From an uncultured delta proteobacterium (GTDB lineage: Bacteria; Myxococcota; UBA727; VGSZ01), in NCBI GenBank assembly GCA_963775425.1, contig CAVZJB010000012.1:288001-352000 (forward strand): a stretch of 64,000 bases of DNA. Reading direction: 5' to 3'. The translations under genes were made by a program, and so were the position numbers. The notes beneath the pieces are model-generated. The model was not told where the DNA came from, ran no database searches, and worked only from the letters and a program-made list of their open reading frames with translations. Numbering within the stretch: the first letter of the stretch is position 1; the number at the start of each line of letters is the position of its first letter. Below are positions 51,395-62,655 of this stretch, piece by piece.

Positions 51395-52900
51395 ATGCAA
51401 ACGCGGTGGATCGGGCGGATCGGGGCGGCGGCGTGGGTGGTCCTCGGGGCGGGCTGCGTGAACGAGATCGGGCCCGCGGGGCCCGACGGGGCCGGTGAGG
51501 CCGGGGCGGAGCAAGCCATCGCGCCTTCGCCGTTCTTCGGCGGCGACGACACCGGCGCGGTCTTCGCCGTGGATCTCTCGTTTTGGGAGGGGCCGATCGC
51601 CGAGCAGGAGATGGACTGTTACTGGGACAGCGGCGTCCGCCACGTCGTCACCGGCACCCAGCTCGAGGAGGTCACGCGCCAGCAGCTCGACATGGCGGTG
51701 CGCCGGGGCATGACCGTGGACGGCTACGTCTACCTGTATTGGACCGACGACATGGCCGGGCAGGTCGACACCGCCTTCGCGCGCACCGACGGCTCCCCCA
51801 TTGGCCGCATGTGGCTCGACGTCGAGGAGGACGTCAAAGACCTCGGCGCCAACGCCGTCATCGACAAGGTGCAGGCCGCGCTCGACCGCTGCCGCATCGA
51901 CGGCGCCGCCCGCGGGGTGCAGTGCGGCATCTACAGCGGCAACGGCTTCTGGCGCGGGGCCATGGCCAACACCCCGCTCTTCGCCGACGTCCCCCTGTGG
52001 TACGCCCGCTACAACGGCGGCCACGACGTCGAAAAGCGCGCGCTGTCCTCGTGGAGCGAGGGCGAGTCGTTCGGCGCCTGGGAGGCGCCGGTGGCCAAGC
52101 AGTGGGCGGAGCAGGCGCTGTGCGGCACCGGCCCGGACGAGGACACCATGCAGGTGCTGACGCAGCCGAGCGTCGTCGTCGATCGCAGCGTACCGCCCGA
52201 CGACGGGCTCCCGCCGCCGGCCCCGACCGGGCTCATGCCCGCCGACGGCAGCGTCACCGCGCTCGACGTCGTGAAGCTCGCCGTGACGCCCATCGCGCAC
52301 GCCACGCGCTACGAATTCGCCCTCGAGAGCTTCACCCGCGGCGCCTGGCAGACCTACTTCACCTGGCCGGGCCCGAACGCGTTCCGCGTGGTCTCGCCGG
52401 CGTGGGACGACACGACCTATCGCTTCCGCGCGCGCGCCACCAACGCGCACGGCGCTGGCCCGTGGTCGCCGTGGGCCGTGTTCGACTTCGGCGCGTCGTC
52501 GTCGTCGCCGCCGCCTGCAGAGCCGCCGCCGGCGACCGACCCGCCGCCCGCGAGCAATCCGCCGCCGTCATCGCCGCCGCCCGCGAGCAATCCGCCGCCG
52601 TCGTCATCGGAGCCGCCCGTCGACGGTGCGCCCACCGGCCTCGCGCCGAGCGGCGGCACCATCAGCGGCGACAGCGTCACGCTGTCCTGCGCCGACGTCG
52701 CCGGCGCCGTACGCTACGAGTTCTCCCTCGAGACCGTCGCCGCCGGGACCGCGCGCCCCTACTACACGTACGACAAGACCGCGCCGCAGGTGACCTTCTG
52801 GCCGCAGGTCCACGGCGTCACCTATCGCTTCCAGGTGCGGGCCGACGCCGGCGCCGGCTTCGGCCCCTGGTCGGCGCCGTCGTCGTTCGACGTCCCGTGA
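51395..52900 (+). CDS. GH25-like muramidase lipoprotein with two FN3-like domains and a Pro-rich linker
   Basis: GGAGG RBS; LGAGC; AVDLSFW, WLDVE (DxE), GIYS, PLWYARY, KQW; two YRF(R/Q)xRA...GPWS modules. Confidence 0.8.
   Translation: MQTRWIGRIGAAAWVVLGAGCVNEIGPAGPDGAGEAGAEQAIAPSPFFGGDDTGAVFAVDLSFWEGPIAEQEMDCYWDSGVRHVVTGTQLEEVTRQQLDMAVRRGMTVDGYVYLYWTDDMAGQVDTAFARTDGSPIGRMWLDVEEDVKDLGANAVIDKVQAALDRCRIDGAARGVQCGIYSGNGFWRGAMANTPLFADVPLWYARYNGGHDVEKRALSSWSEGESFGAWEAPVAKQWAEQALCGTGPDEDTMQVLTQPSVVVDRSVPPDDGLPPPAPTGLMPADGSVTALDVVKLAVTPIAHATRYEFALESFTRGAWQTYFTWPGPNAFRVVSPAWDDTTYRFRARATNAHGAGPWSPWAVFDFGASSSSPPPAEPPPATDPPPASNPPPSSPPPASNPPPSSSEPPVDGAPTGLAPSGGTISGDSVTLSCADVAGAVRYEFSLETVAAGTARPYYTYDKTAPQVTFWPQVHGVTYRFQVRADAGAGFGPWSAPSSFDVP
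52541..52606 (+). repeat. 33-bp tandem duplication encoding PPPASNPPPSS
   Basis: ccgccgcccgcgagcaatccgccgccgtc occurs twice, 33 bp apart. Confidence 0.85.
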
Positions 52901-53033
52901 GGGGAGGTCGTGCCGGCCAAGCACGCGGCGCGAAGCGATGCGCACGAAGCGGCAGGCGTGCCGGCACGCGCACCGGCGGCGGGACCACCGCGCGTGCCGG
53001 CACTGACCCTGTTCCGCTATGCGGATCACTTCT

Positions 53034-54356
53034 CTAGAGCTGGTGTTGCACGACGACACCACCGCCGCCGCCGCCGCCGCCCGCGCCGTAGTCGACGTGG
53101 CCGTTTCCGCCGGCGACCCCGCTGGCGCCGCCGTCGCCGCCGCGTCTCATGCCGCCGCCGCCGCCGCTGCCGCCGTCGCGTCCGTCGGTCCCGTCGTTGC
53201 CGACGTCACCGGTGGCGCCGCCGCCGCCCGTGGTGTCGATGACTCCGGCGACGCTGACGCTTTGCGCCTCGAGGAGCACCGCGCCGCCGCTGCCGCCGCC
53301 GCCGCCGCTCTTGTCGACGCCGCCGGACCGGCCGCCGCCGCCGCCGGCGTCGATGCGGCCGCTGAGCAGGATGGTCGTCGACGACGAGATCTGCAGCGCC
53401 CCGCCTGCCGCGCCGCCGGGGCCGCCGCGGGGGGCGCCGGTGGCGTTGTCGGAGCCGCCGGAGCCGCCGGGGCAGCCGGCGCGCAGCACGCCCGCGACGA
53501 GGTCCGCGCCGGCCGCCGTGCCGCCGGGGCCGCCGACCGCGGTGTCGACACCGTCGCCGCCCGTGCCGCCGCCGCCGCCGAAGCCGCCGCCGCCGCCGCC
53601 GGAGCCCGCGGCGAAGTCGTTGCCGCCGTCGCGCCCGCTGCCTTCGCCGCAGAGCGACTGCGTGAAGCCGGGGCCGGCGGTGCTGCCGCTCGCGCCGACG
53701 TCAATGGAGCTGCTGATGGTGACGTCGCCGAACGCGAGCACGACCGGCGCGCGCGTGCCGTGGAAGCGCAGCGCTCCGCCGCCGGTGACGCTGAACCCGC
53801 GCGCGACGATCACCAGCAGCGCCGGGCCGCTCGCCTGCGGGAGGCTGGTCACGGGGACGGTGTGGCCGCACAGCGAGATCGCCGTCGTCGTCGTCGAGGT
53901 GTCGATGTCCGCGCTGCAGTCGACGATGACGTCGGTGGTCGGCTGCACGGTCACCGCGACGGCTGCGGCGTGGCTCGGCGCGCCGGCGGGGAACGGCGTC
54001 CAGCAGAAGCTGCCGCCGGCGTTGCAGACCTCTCCTTCGCCCTCGCCCTCTCCTTCGCCCTCTCCTTCTCCTTCGCCTTCGCCTTCGCCTTCGCCCTCGC
54101 CTTCGCCTTCGCCTTCACCCTCGCCTTCGCCTTCGCCCTCTCCTTCGCCCTCTCCTTCGCCTTCGCCTTCGCCTTCGCCCTCTCCTTCGCCTTCGCCTTC
54201 GCCTTCGCCGCCGACGACGAGGATGTCGACGCAGCGGCCGACCCGGCAGAACAGGCCGTCGCAGTCGGCGTCGGTGTTGCAGTTGGCGCCGGGGGCGCTC
54301 ACGCACGCGGCGAGCAACGCGAGGGGCGCTACGAGGAGCGTGGGGGCGGCGCGCAC
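53034..54356 (-). CDS. Gly-rich lipoprotein with a (Gly-Glu)30 tract
   Basis: LLAAC lipobox, small Cys motif (CNTDADC..LFCRVGRC), GE tract, GGGGGSGGAVLLEA repeats. Confidence 0.8.
   Translation of the reverse strand: MRAAPTLLVAPLALLAACVSAPGANCNTDADCDGLFCRVGRCVDILVVGGEGEGEGEGEGEGEGEGEGEGEGEGEGEGEGEGEGEGEGEGEGEGEGEGEGEGEGEGEGEVCNAGGSFCWTPFPAGAPSHAAAVAVTVQPTTDVIVDCSADIDTSTTTTAISLCGHTVPVTSLPQASGPALLVIVARGFSVTGGGALRFHGTRAPVVLAFGDVTISSSIDVGASGSTAGPGFTQSLCGEGSGRDGGNDFAAGSGGGGGGFGGGGGTGGDGVDTAVGGPGGTAAGADLVAGVLRAGCPGGSGGSDNATGAPRGGPGGAAGGALQISSSTTILLSGRIDAGGGGGRSGGVDKSGGGGGSGGAVLLEAQSVSVAGVIDTTGGGGATGDVGNDGTDGRDGGSGGGGGMRRGGDGGASGVAGGNGHVDYGAGGGGGGGGVVVQHQL
54030..54209 (-). repeat. Hexanucleotide coding repeat, 30 x GGN-GAR (Gly-Glu)
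   Basis: 180 bp of ggcgaa/ggcgag/ggagag-type units on the minus strand. Confidence 0.95.
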
Positions 54357-54444
54357 ATCGCCACTATACCTGCCCCCTCGGCGCGCCGCTGCCGCGCGCC
54401 GCGCGCTTTTTCGAAGCCGCTGTGTCGTGGTGTAGCTTCGACGC

Positions 54445-55353
54445 GTGGAGACGTTCGAGGGCACCTCGCCGGGGCGCTTCGGCCGGCTGACTCTGCTGCG
54501 ACCCATCGCGCGCGGAGGCATGGGCCAGGTGTGGTCCGCGGAGACGCCCGCGGGGGAAGCCTGCGTCGTCAAGCTCCTGCGCGCGGCCCTCGTCGACGAC
54601 GCCCAGGCGCGCCGCCGCTTCGTCGCCGAGGCCGAGCTGCTCGCGCGGCTGCACCACCCCGCCATCGTGCGCGTCATCGAGCAGGGCGAGGTCGACGGGC
54701 GTCTGTACGTCGCCCTCGAGCACATCGAGGGCGTGCCGCTGCGCTCGCTGATGAACGCGGTCGCCCGCCGCGGGCGCGTGTTGCCGCCGGCGGCGGCGTC
54801 GCGCATCGCGGGCGAGATCGCGTCGGCGCTGCACCACGCGCACAGCTCCGTCGACGCGAACGGCGCGCCGCTCGGCATCGTCCACCGCGACGTCTCGCCG
54901 CAAAACGTGATGGTCTGCTTCGACGGCGCCGTGAAGCTCATCGACTTCGGCCTCGCCACCTGGCGCGACCGCAGGGACGCGGGCGCCACCGCCGTCCACG
55001 GGACGTTCCCCTACATGTCTCCGGAGCAGGCGGCGGGCGAGCCGGTGGACGCGCGGGGCGACATCTACGCCGCCGCCGTCGTCCTGTACGAGCTCCTCAC
55101 CGGCGGCCCGTTCTTCGGCGGCCTCCTCGTCGAGCAGGCCGTCGAGCGGCTCGCGCGCGGCTATGTGCCGCCGGGCCTCACGGCCCTCGACAAGCCCGTC
55201 GCCGACGTCGTCGGGCGCGCCCTCGCCCCGCGTCCCGACCGGCGCTACGAGAGCGTGGCCGCGTTCGCCACGGCGCTCGCGCGCGCGCTACCGCCGTGCT
55301 CGCAGGAGGAGCTCGGCGCGCTCGTGGAGGCGCTCGTCTCTCCACACCCGTAG
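54445..55353 (+). CDS. Hanks-type Ser/Thr protein kinase, kinase domain only
   Basis: IARGGMGQV, VVK, HRDVSPQN, DFG, YMSPEQ, DIYA. Confidence 0.92.
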   Translation: METFEGTSPGRFGRLTLLRPIARGGMGQVWSAETPAGEACVVKLLRAALVDDAQARRRFVAEAELLARLHHPAIVRVIEQGEVDGRLYVALEHIEGVPLRSLMNAVARRGRVLPPAAASRIAGEIASALHHAHSSVDANGAPLGIVHRDVSPQNVMVCFDGAVKLIDFGLATWRDRRDAGATAVHGTFPYMSPEQAAGEPVDARGDIYAAAVVLYELLTGGPFFGGLLVEQAVERLARGYVPPGLTALDKPVADVVGRALAPRPDRRYESVAAFATALARALPPCSQEELGALVEALVSPHP

Positions 55354-55389
55354 GCGATGAAGCGCGCGCGGTCGGCGGGCGGGATCGGG

Positions 55390-55521
55390 CTACTCGTCGA
55401 GGCCGAAGGGGTCGCCGGCGTCGTGCTTCATCCACGTCCGGGCCACGGCGACGACGCCCGCGGTGAAGAACCCCGCCGCGGCGAGGAAGGGGAGGGCGAG
55501 GTCGAAGGACGAGGTCCACAT
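55390..55521 (-). CDS. 43-aa single-TM peptide, possible CcoS/FixS-like
   Basis: Start overlaps the stop of the CcoI-like gene; one TM followed by an acidic tail. Confidence 0.4.
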   Translation of the reverse strand: MWTSSFDLALPFLAAAGFFTAGVVAVARTWMKHDAGDPFGLDE

Positions 55522-57668
55522 CAGGGTCTCCGGGGCGCAGGCATCAGGCACGTGACGAGGGCGGCCGCGACGGCGGCGGCGGGGAGGGCGACGGCGGCGA
55601 GCCCGGGCGTCATGCGCCCGGCCATCGCCAGGGCGATCCACGCCGCGCCGCTCACGCCCGACAACGTCGCCGCGGCGAGCGCCGCCCTGCGCGCGCTCCG
55701 CGCGACGTCGACGATGGCGGCGAGCGGGCCGGCGCCGCCGCCGAGGAAGACGAAGTCCGCGCGCGCCGACAGCGCAGGGCGGCCGAACGCCGGCGCGGCC
55801 GTCACGCCCGCCGCGGCGAACGCCGGGGCGTCGCCGGCGCCGTCGCCGACGAACAGCACGCGCTTGCCGCCGAGCGAGCGCACCAGCGCGCTCTTGTCGT
55901 CGGGGCGCGCGCCGGGCGCGGTGTGCTCGACGATGACGCCGCGGGCGGCGAGCGCCGCCGCCTGGTCACGGCTCTCGGCCGTCGGCTGCTCGACGAACGC
56001 GAGCTGCACCAGGCGCGCGCCGCCGCGCCACAGCGCGTCGCCGGCGAAGTGCGCGCCGAGGGCGCGGGCGTGGACGCCGAGGCCGGGCTGCTCCTCGACG
56101 TCGACGCGGGTGAGCCGGAGCGACGGCTCGCGCGCGCGCAGGAACGCGGCGACGGCGCGGCTCTTCGGGTGTGACGAGCGGGCGCACAGGTCGAAGAGCG
56201 TCTGGCGGTCCACCGCGTCGAGCGACGCGAGCGCCTTGTCCGACGCCGAGTCGAGGCGCGGCTCCGTGAGGACGACCTTGCCGGTGGCGTCGAGGAGGGC
56301 GCGGTCGACGCCGAGCAGGCGCTCCACGGCGTCGGGCCCGCGCACGAGCACGCCGAGCCGGCGCAGCCGCGCGGCCACGAGTCCGTCGAGGAGCGGCGCG
56401 GCGACGCCCGCGGCGAACGGCGAGGCCGCGAGCACCACCGCCGTGGCGACGGCCACGGCGCGAGCGGGGCCGGCGCCCCACCAGGACACGCCCGCGACGG
56501 CCGCGAGCAGGAGGATGCCGACGGTCGACGCCGTGGCGTAGCGGCCCCACAGCGCGGTGGTGCCGTCGCCGCAGTCGCGGGCGGCGAGGAGCGAGGGCAG
56601 CGGTGAGCGCGCGGCGTCGTCGGCGGCGTCGACGACCGCGGCGGCGCCGCCGGCGAGCCGGGCCCCCGCGGGGACGGTGTCGCCGGCGCGGAAGGCGCGT
56701 GGCGCGCCGTCCCCGGTGAGCCACGCGAGCGAAAACGAGACGTCGTCGTGACCAGCCAGGCGCGCGGGGACGGGCAAGATCTCCTTGGGGAGGATCAGCA
56801 GGCGGTCGCCGGCGCGCACGGCGCCGGCGGCGGCGGTGCCGACGGCGTCGCGGTGAAGCGGGTGCACGACGAGGCCGTCGAGCGCGGAGGCGCCGGGGAA
56901 GCCCTCGCGGACGAGGCGGCGGGCGAGCAGGCGGGCGCCGAGCGCGAGGGCGAGCAAGACGCTGACGGCGGCGAAGGGCGCGGGGTCGGGCGCGAGGATC
57001 GCGGACGCGACGGCGCCGCCATAGGTGACGACGGCGCCGAGGAAGATGGGCAGGTCGAGGTGCGGGACGCCGCGGGCGAAGGCGCGGGCGGCGCCCCGCA
57101 GCAACCAGGAGCCGGCGACGGTGAGCGAGGCGGTGGCGACGACGAAGAGCAGGGGGAGCGCGCTCGGTCCGCGGTGGAGGACGGCGAGCACGGCCGCGGC
57201 GGCGGCGAGGCCGACGGCGAGCACCGTGCGGGCGAAGAGATCGTCGCGGGGGCCGCGCGCGGGCCGCTCCGGCCGGACGCCGAAGCCGACGCGCTCGACG
57301 TCGTCGAGGAAGGCGGGCAGGTCTCCGGCGAGGCCGGCCTCGAGCCGGCCGCTCCCGGGGTCCACGCGGCAGGCGACGCCGCGCCCGGCAGCGAGCTCCT
57401 CGATGATCAAGGCCCCGGCGGCGCCGGCGCCCTCGACCTCGACGGCGACGAGGCCCGTGTCACGGGCCCGCTCGAGGAGCTCCGGCAGCCAGGCGCGCGG
57501 GGACGGCGGGCGCGCCCGGGGCAGTGTCCCGCCCGCGAGGGCGTACGCCCGCTCGAGCCCCCGCTCCACCAGGAGCGCGTGCGCGCCCTGGCACCGCGGC
57601 CCGCAGGCAGCAGGCGCGCCGGCGGGGGCGTCGACAGGGGCTCCACAATGCAGGCAGGCGCCGCGCAT
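55521..57668 (-). CDS. Degenerate CcoI/FixI-like P1B-type ATPase
   Basis: N-terminal CLHCG...CGPRC; HLDLPI; motif variants LTGDG, ASPFA, DATGK, SSHP, RPDDK, VGDGAGD. Confidence 0.7.
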   Translation of the reverse strand: MRGACLHCGAPVDAPAGAPAACGPRCQGAHALLVERGLERAYALAGGTLPRARPPSPRAWLPELLERARDTGLVAVEVEGAGAAGALIIEELAAGRGVACRVDPGSGRLEAGLAGDLPAFLDDVERVGFGVRPERPARGPRDDLFARTVLAVGLAAAAAVLAVLHRGPSALPLLFVVATASLTVAGSWLLRGAARAFARGVPHLDLPIFLGAVVTYGGAVASAILAPDPAPFAAVSVLLALALGARLLARRLVREGFPGASALDGLVVHPLHRDAVGTAAAGAVRAGDRLLILPKEILPVPARLAGHDDVSFSLAWLTGDGAPRAFRAGDTVPAGARLAGGAAAVVDAADDAARSPLPSLLAARDCGDGTTALWGRYATASTVGILLLAAVAGVSWWGAGPARAVAVATAVVLAASPFAAGVAAPLLDGLVAARLRRLGVLVRGPDAVERLLGVDRALLDATGKVVLTEPRLDSASDKALASLDAVDRQTLFDLCARSSHPKSRAVAAFLRAREPSLRLTRVDVEEQPGLGVHARALGAHFAGDALWRGGARLVQLAFVEQPTAESRDQAAALAARGVIVEHTAPGARPDDKSALVRSLGGKRVLFVGDGAGDAPAFAAAGVTAAPAFGRPALSARADFVFLGGGAGPLAAIVDVARSARRAALAAATLSGVSGAAWIALAMAGRMTPGLAAVALPAAAVAAALVTCLMPAPRRP

Positions 57669-57773
57669 GCCCCGCATTGAGCAAAGTGCGATCCAGCCCG
57701 CCCGCCGTCCCCGCCCCGGTCTGGCGTCCTCCCTCCCGCGCCCTGCGCCAAATCACACAGCCCGTCCGGGCGC

Positions 57774-58427
57774 TCACGCGCACCGCGGCACGCCGACGAG
57801 GAGGCGGTTTTTGGGCGTCACGGCGGCGGGGATCGCCTGGGTCGAGACCGCGTAGCCCGCGGCTTTGAGGCGGGCGGCGCGCGTGGCGTCGATGGCCAGG
57901 GCGCTGTCCATCCAGCCGGCGAGGCCGCCGGTGTCGCAGGTGGCGGCGTCGTGGCAGCAGGGGAGCACGGCGACGGCGGCGCGGTGCGCGAGCGCGGCGG
58001 CGAGGACGTCGTCGGTGAGGGCGCCGCAGGCGTGGCAGGACACGACGACGTCGCCGGCCCTGAGCTCGGGCGGCGCTTCCACGAGCGAGACGCGCCCGGC
58101 GATGCGCGGCCACGCGCGTTCGAAGGCCGCGTGGAGGATCGGCGCGCTCTTTGGGAGCCGAACGTCGAACGCGACCGCGAGGGGGCTCGTGTCGTCGAGG
58201 ACGAGCATGAGGTGCGCGAGGAGCCCGTGGCCGCACGCCATGTCGACGACGCGGCCGCCGCGCACCCGCCGGCGCACCCGCCGCGCGACCTCCCACGCCT
58301 CGAACAGCTCCTTGCGCGGCAGGCAGCCCGCGCCGCACACGACGCGCGCGACGCGATGAAGCAGCGTCTCCTCGGGGAAGAGCGCCGCGTGGCGCGGCAT
58401 CAGGCGGTTCTTCGAGCCCGGGTGCAC
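57774..58427 (-). CDS. SAM-dependent methyltransferase domain protein
   Basis: LPRKELFE, VVDMACGHG, SCHACGALTD, LPCCH, TPKNRLL. Alternative start 58400. Confidence 0.82.
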   Translation of the reverse strand: MHPGSKNRLMPRHAALFPEETLLHRVARVVCGAGCLPRKELFEAWEVARRVRRRVRGGRVVDMACGHGLLAHLMLVLDDTSPLAVAFDVRLPKSAPILHAAFERAWPRIAGRVSLVEAPPELRAGDVVVSCHACGALTDDVLAAALAHRAAVAVLPCCHDAATCDTGGLAGWMDSALAIDATRAARLKAAGYAVSTQAIPAAVTPKNRLLVGVPRCA

Positions 58428-58471
58428 GGCCCCGTGTAACGCACCGGGCAACGCGCGTCGCGCCGGCTCGC

Positions 58472-58909
58472 CTACGCGAGGGCGCGGCGAGCGGCGTCGG
58501 CGGCGTCGGCGCCGGCGAGGACGGCGAACAAGCCCGGGCGGAAGCGGTCGACGCTGGCGACGTTGGCGAGGCAGGCGTTCTTCACGAGCGCCGCCGTCAG
58601 CGTGGTGCCCTCGACGTCGACGCTGGTGCGGAAGCGCAGGACGCCGCGCTCCCAGTCGAGCTCGAAGTTGCCCGTGGTCAGCGCCGCGTTCACGCGCGTG
58701 ATGTACTCGGCGACCGCGGCCCTGCGCGCGTCGTCGACGCGCTCGCCGAGCACCGACGTGAACACGAACACCTCGCCGGGCCGCTCCTCGGCGATGCACA
58801 CCCACGCGCCGCTCTTGCCGCGGAAGGGCACGCGCAGGGTGCCGTCCTCGACGTCGAAGCGCCACTGCTCGGAGGTCAGCCACTGCGTGGCCACGTCGAG
58901 CAGGCTCAC
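58472..58909 (-). CDS. YbjN domain protein
   Basis: FRGKSGAW, AEYITRVN...GNFELD...LRFRTSVD. Confidence 0.85.
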   Translation of the reverse strand: MSLLDVATQWLTSEQWRFDVEDGTLRVPFRGKSGAWVCIAEERPGEVFVFTSVLGERVDDARRAAVAEYITRVNAALTTGNFELDWERGVLRFRTSVDVEGTTLTAALVKNACLANVASVDRFRPGLFAVLAGADAADAARRALA

Positions 58910-59133
58910 GAGGCACGCTCGAGCACGTCGAAGCCCTGGAAGCACTCGGCCTGCACCGGGTCGAGCGGCGTCCGCGTCGCCCAGCCGTCATGATCGGCGC
59001 GGTTCGGGGCGTCGAGGGACGCGACCTCGGCGTCGAGGGACGCGACGTCGGCGTCGAGCCTCGACGTCGCCGGCGCTCCTGCCGTGGCCACGGTGTGGAC
59101 GACGCCTGCGGTGCCGCGGACGGGCATGGCCAA
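58906..59133 (-). CDS. Small hypothetical protein with heptad repeat
   Basis: Stop overlaps the YbjN start (GTGA); LDADVAS-LDAEVAS-LDA encoded by a 21-bp tandem repeat. Confidence 0.35.
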   Translation of the reverse strand: MAMPVRGTAGVVHTVATAGAPATSRLDADVASLDAEVASLDAPNRADHDGWATRTPLDPVQAECFQGFDVLERAS

Positions 59134-59172
59134 AAGCTAGCACGGCGCCGGTGCGGCCCCGGAAGACGCCGC

Positions 59173-59586
59173 TCAACGGGGCTGGGTCTTCTTGTCGCGC
59201 AGGGCGCGCAGCTTGGCCGCCACCGGGCTCTGCGGCGGCAGCGCCGCCTCCCGCGCCACCCGCGTGAGGGCGGGGACGCCGCGGTCGCGCACCAGGTGGG
59301 CGTTCATGGCGATCTCGGCGTCGGCGGGGCTCATGCCCGAGTAGACCGTCTCGTTGGGCTGCTCGGTGAGCGTGAGGCGATCCACCTCAGGGTCTGGGAG
59401 TTGCTCCGTGTGCCGGCGAACCACGACGTTGGGCCCGATCTCACACAGCCCGTAGCAGCCCCCGCGCAGGACCCGGCAGCGCTCGCCGTGGCCGGCGCCG
59501 ACGGCGCGGGCGCGCTCGGCGACGGCGTCGCTGCCGTTGGCCGTGCACATCCGGCCCTGGCACACCCAGACGTCGAAGAGGGCCAT
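59173..59586 (-). CDS. Thioredoxin-like [2Fe-2S] ferredoxin
   Basis: VWVCQGRMC...GCYGLCEIGPNVVV, VYSGM, HL. Confidence 0.85.
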   Translation of the reverse strand: MALFDVWVCQGRMCTANGSDAVAERARAVGAGHGERCRVLRGGCYGLCEIGPNVVVRRHTEQLPDPEVDRLTLTEQPNETVYSGMSPADAEIAMNAHLVRDRGVPALTRVAREAALPPQSPVAAKLRALRDKKTQPR

Positions 59587-59679
59587 CCCGTCAGATCTAG
59601 CGAACTCACCGCCGAAACGCCCGTCTTGTCACCTGCGGATGCGGGTGGCTAGGGTGCCGCCATCACAGGATTTGCCCCC

Positions 59680-61581
<1,902 letters not shown>

Positions 61582-61584
61582 ACC

Positions 61585-62634
61585 ATGACCACCGCCTCCG
61601 CCCCCTCCGCCCCCCCCGCCGGTCTCGTCAAGCTCACGCGACGGGACTTCCAGACCAAGAACGACGTGCGCTGGTGCCCCGGCTGCGGCGACTACGCCAT
61701 CCTCGCCACGGTGCAGCGGCTCATGCCCGAGCTCGGCGTGCCGCGCGAGAACATCGTGTTCGTCTCCGGCATCGGCTGCGCCGCGCGCTTCCCGTACTAC
61801 ATGGAGACGTACGGGATGCACACCATCCACGGGCGCGCGCCCGCCATCGCCACCGGCTTGAAGATGACGCGCCCCGACCTTGACGTCTGGGTCATCACCG
61901 GCGACGGCGACTCGCTGTCCATCGGCGGCAACCACACGCTGCACATGCTGCGCAGGAACGTCGACCTGAAGGTGCTGTTGTTCAACAACCGCATCTACGG
62001 CCTCACCAAGGGGCAGTACTCGCCGGCGTCGGAGCAGGGCAAGATCACCAAGTCCACGCCCATGGGCTCGGTGGACTTCCCGGTGAACCCCGTGCAGTTC
62101 GCGCTCGGCGCCAACGCCACCTTCGTGGCGCGCGCCGTCGACACGGAGGCCAAGGGCCTGCTCGAGGTGCTCAGGAAGGCGCACGCGCACAAGGGCGCCG
62201 CCTACATCGAGATCCTGCAGAACTGTGTGGTCTTCAACGACGGCGCCTGGGCCGACGTGCGCGACAACAAGGACAAGAAGCCGATGAGCCAGCTCCTGCT
62301 CGTCGACCAAAAGCCCATGTTGTTCGACGGCGGCAAGCGGGGCATCGGCTTCGACAAGAACACGATGAAGCCGTTCGTGATCGATCTCGACAGGGAGCCC
62401 GGCAAGAAGGACCAGGTGCTCGTGCACGACGAGAGCGACCCCTCGGGCCTGATGGCGCACGTGCTCGCGTCCATGGATTACCCGCACTTCCCCATCCCGC
62501 TCGGCATCTTGAAGCGGCACGCGCGCCCGACGTTCGACGACCTCACCGTCGAGCAGGGCAACAAGGCCCGGGAGAAGGGCACGGCGGATCTGAAGAAGCT
62601 GCTGTTCTCCGGGGATCTCTGGACCGTCTCCTGA
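61585..62634 (+). CDS. korB: 2-oxoacid:ferredoxin oxidoreductase beta subunit
   Basis: WCPGCGD, SGIGC, HGRA, GDGD...NNRIYGLTKGQ TPP motif. Confidence 0.95.
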   Translation: MTTASAPSAPPAGLVKLTRRDFQTKNDVRWCPGCGDYAILATVQRLMPELGVPRENIVFVSGIGCAARFPYYMETYGMHTIHGRAPAIATGLKMTRPDLDVWVITGDGDSLSIGGNHTLHMLRRNVDLKVLLFNNRIYGLTKGQYSPASEQGKITKSTPMGSVDFPVNPVQFALGANATFVARAVDTEAKGLLEVLRKAHAHKGAAYIEILQNCVVFNDGAWADVRDNKDKKPMSQLLLVDQKPMLFDGGKRGIGFDKNTMKPFVIDLDREPGKKDQVLVHDESDPSGLMAHVLASMDYPHFPIPLGILKRHARPTFDDLTVEQGNKAREKGTADLKKLLFSGDLWTVS

Positions 62635-62655
62635 CCACGACGGCGACGACGACGG

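Noticed and set aside
54030-54209. Repeat array considered as a possible CRISPR
   Set aside because: Six-base coding repeat with no spacers and no cas genes in the window.
53149-54435. ORFs with (Ser-Pro)n or (Phe-Ala)n tracts
   Set aside because: Opposite-strand readings of the Gly-Glu repeat. The minus-strand frame has the lipobox and a coherent domain structure.
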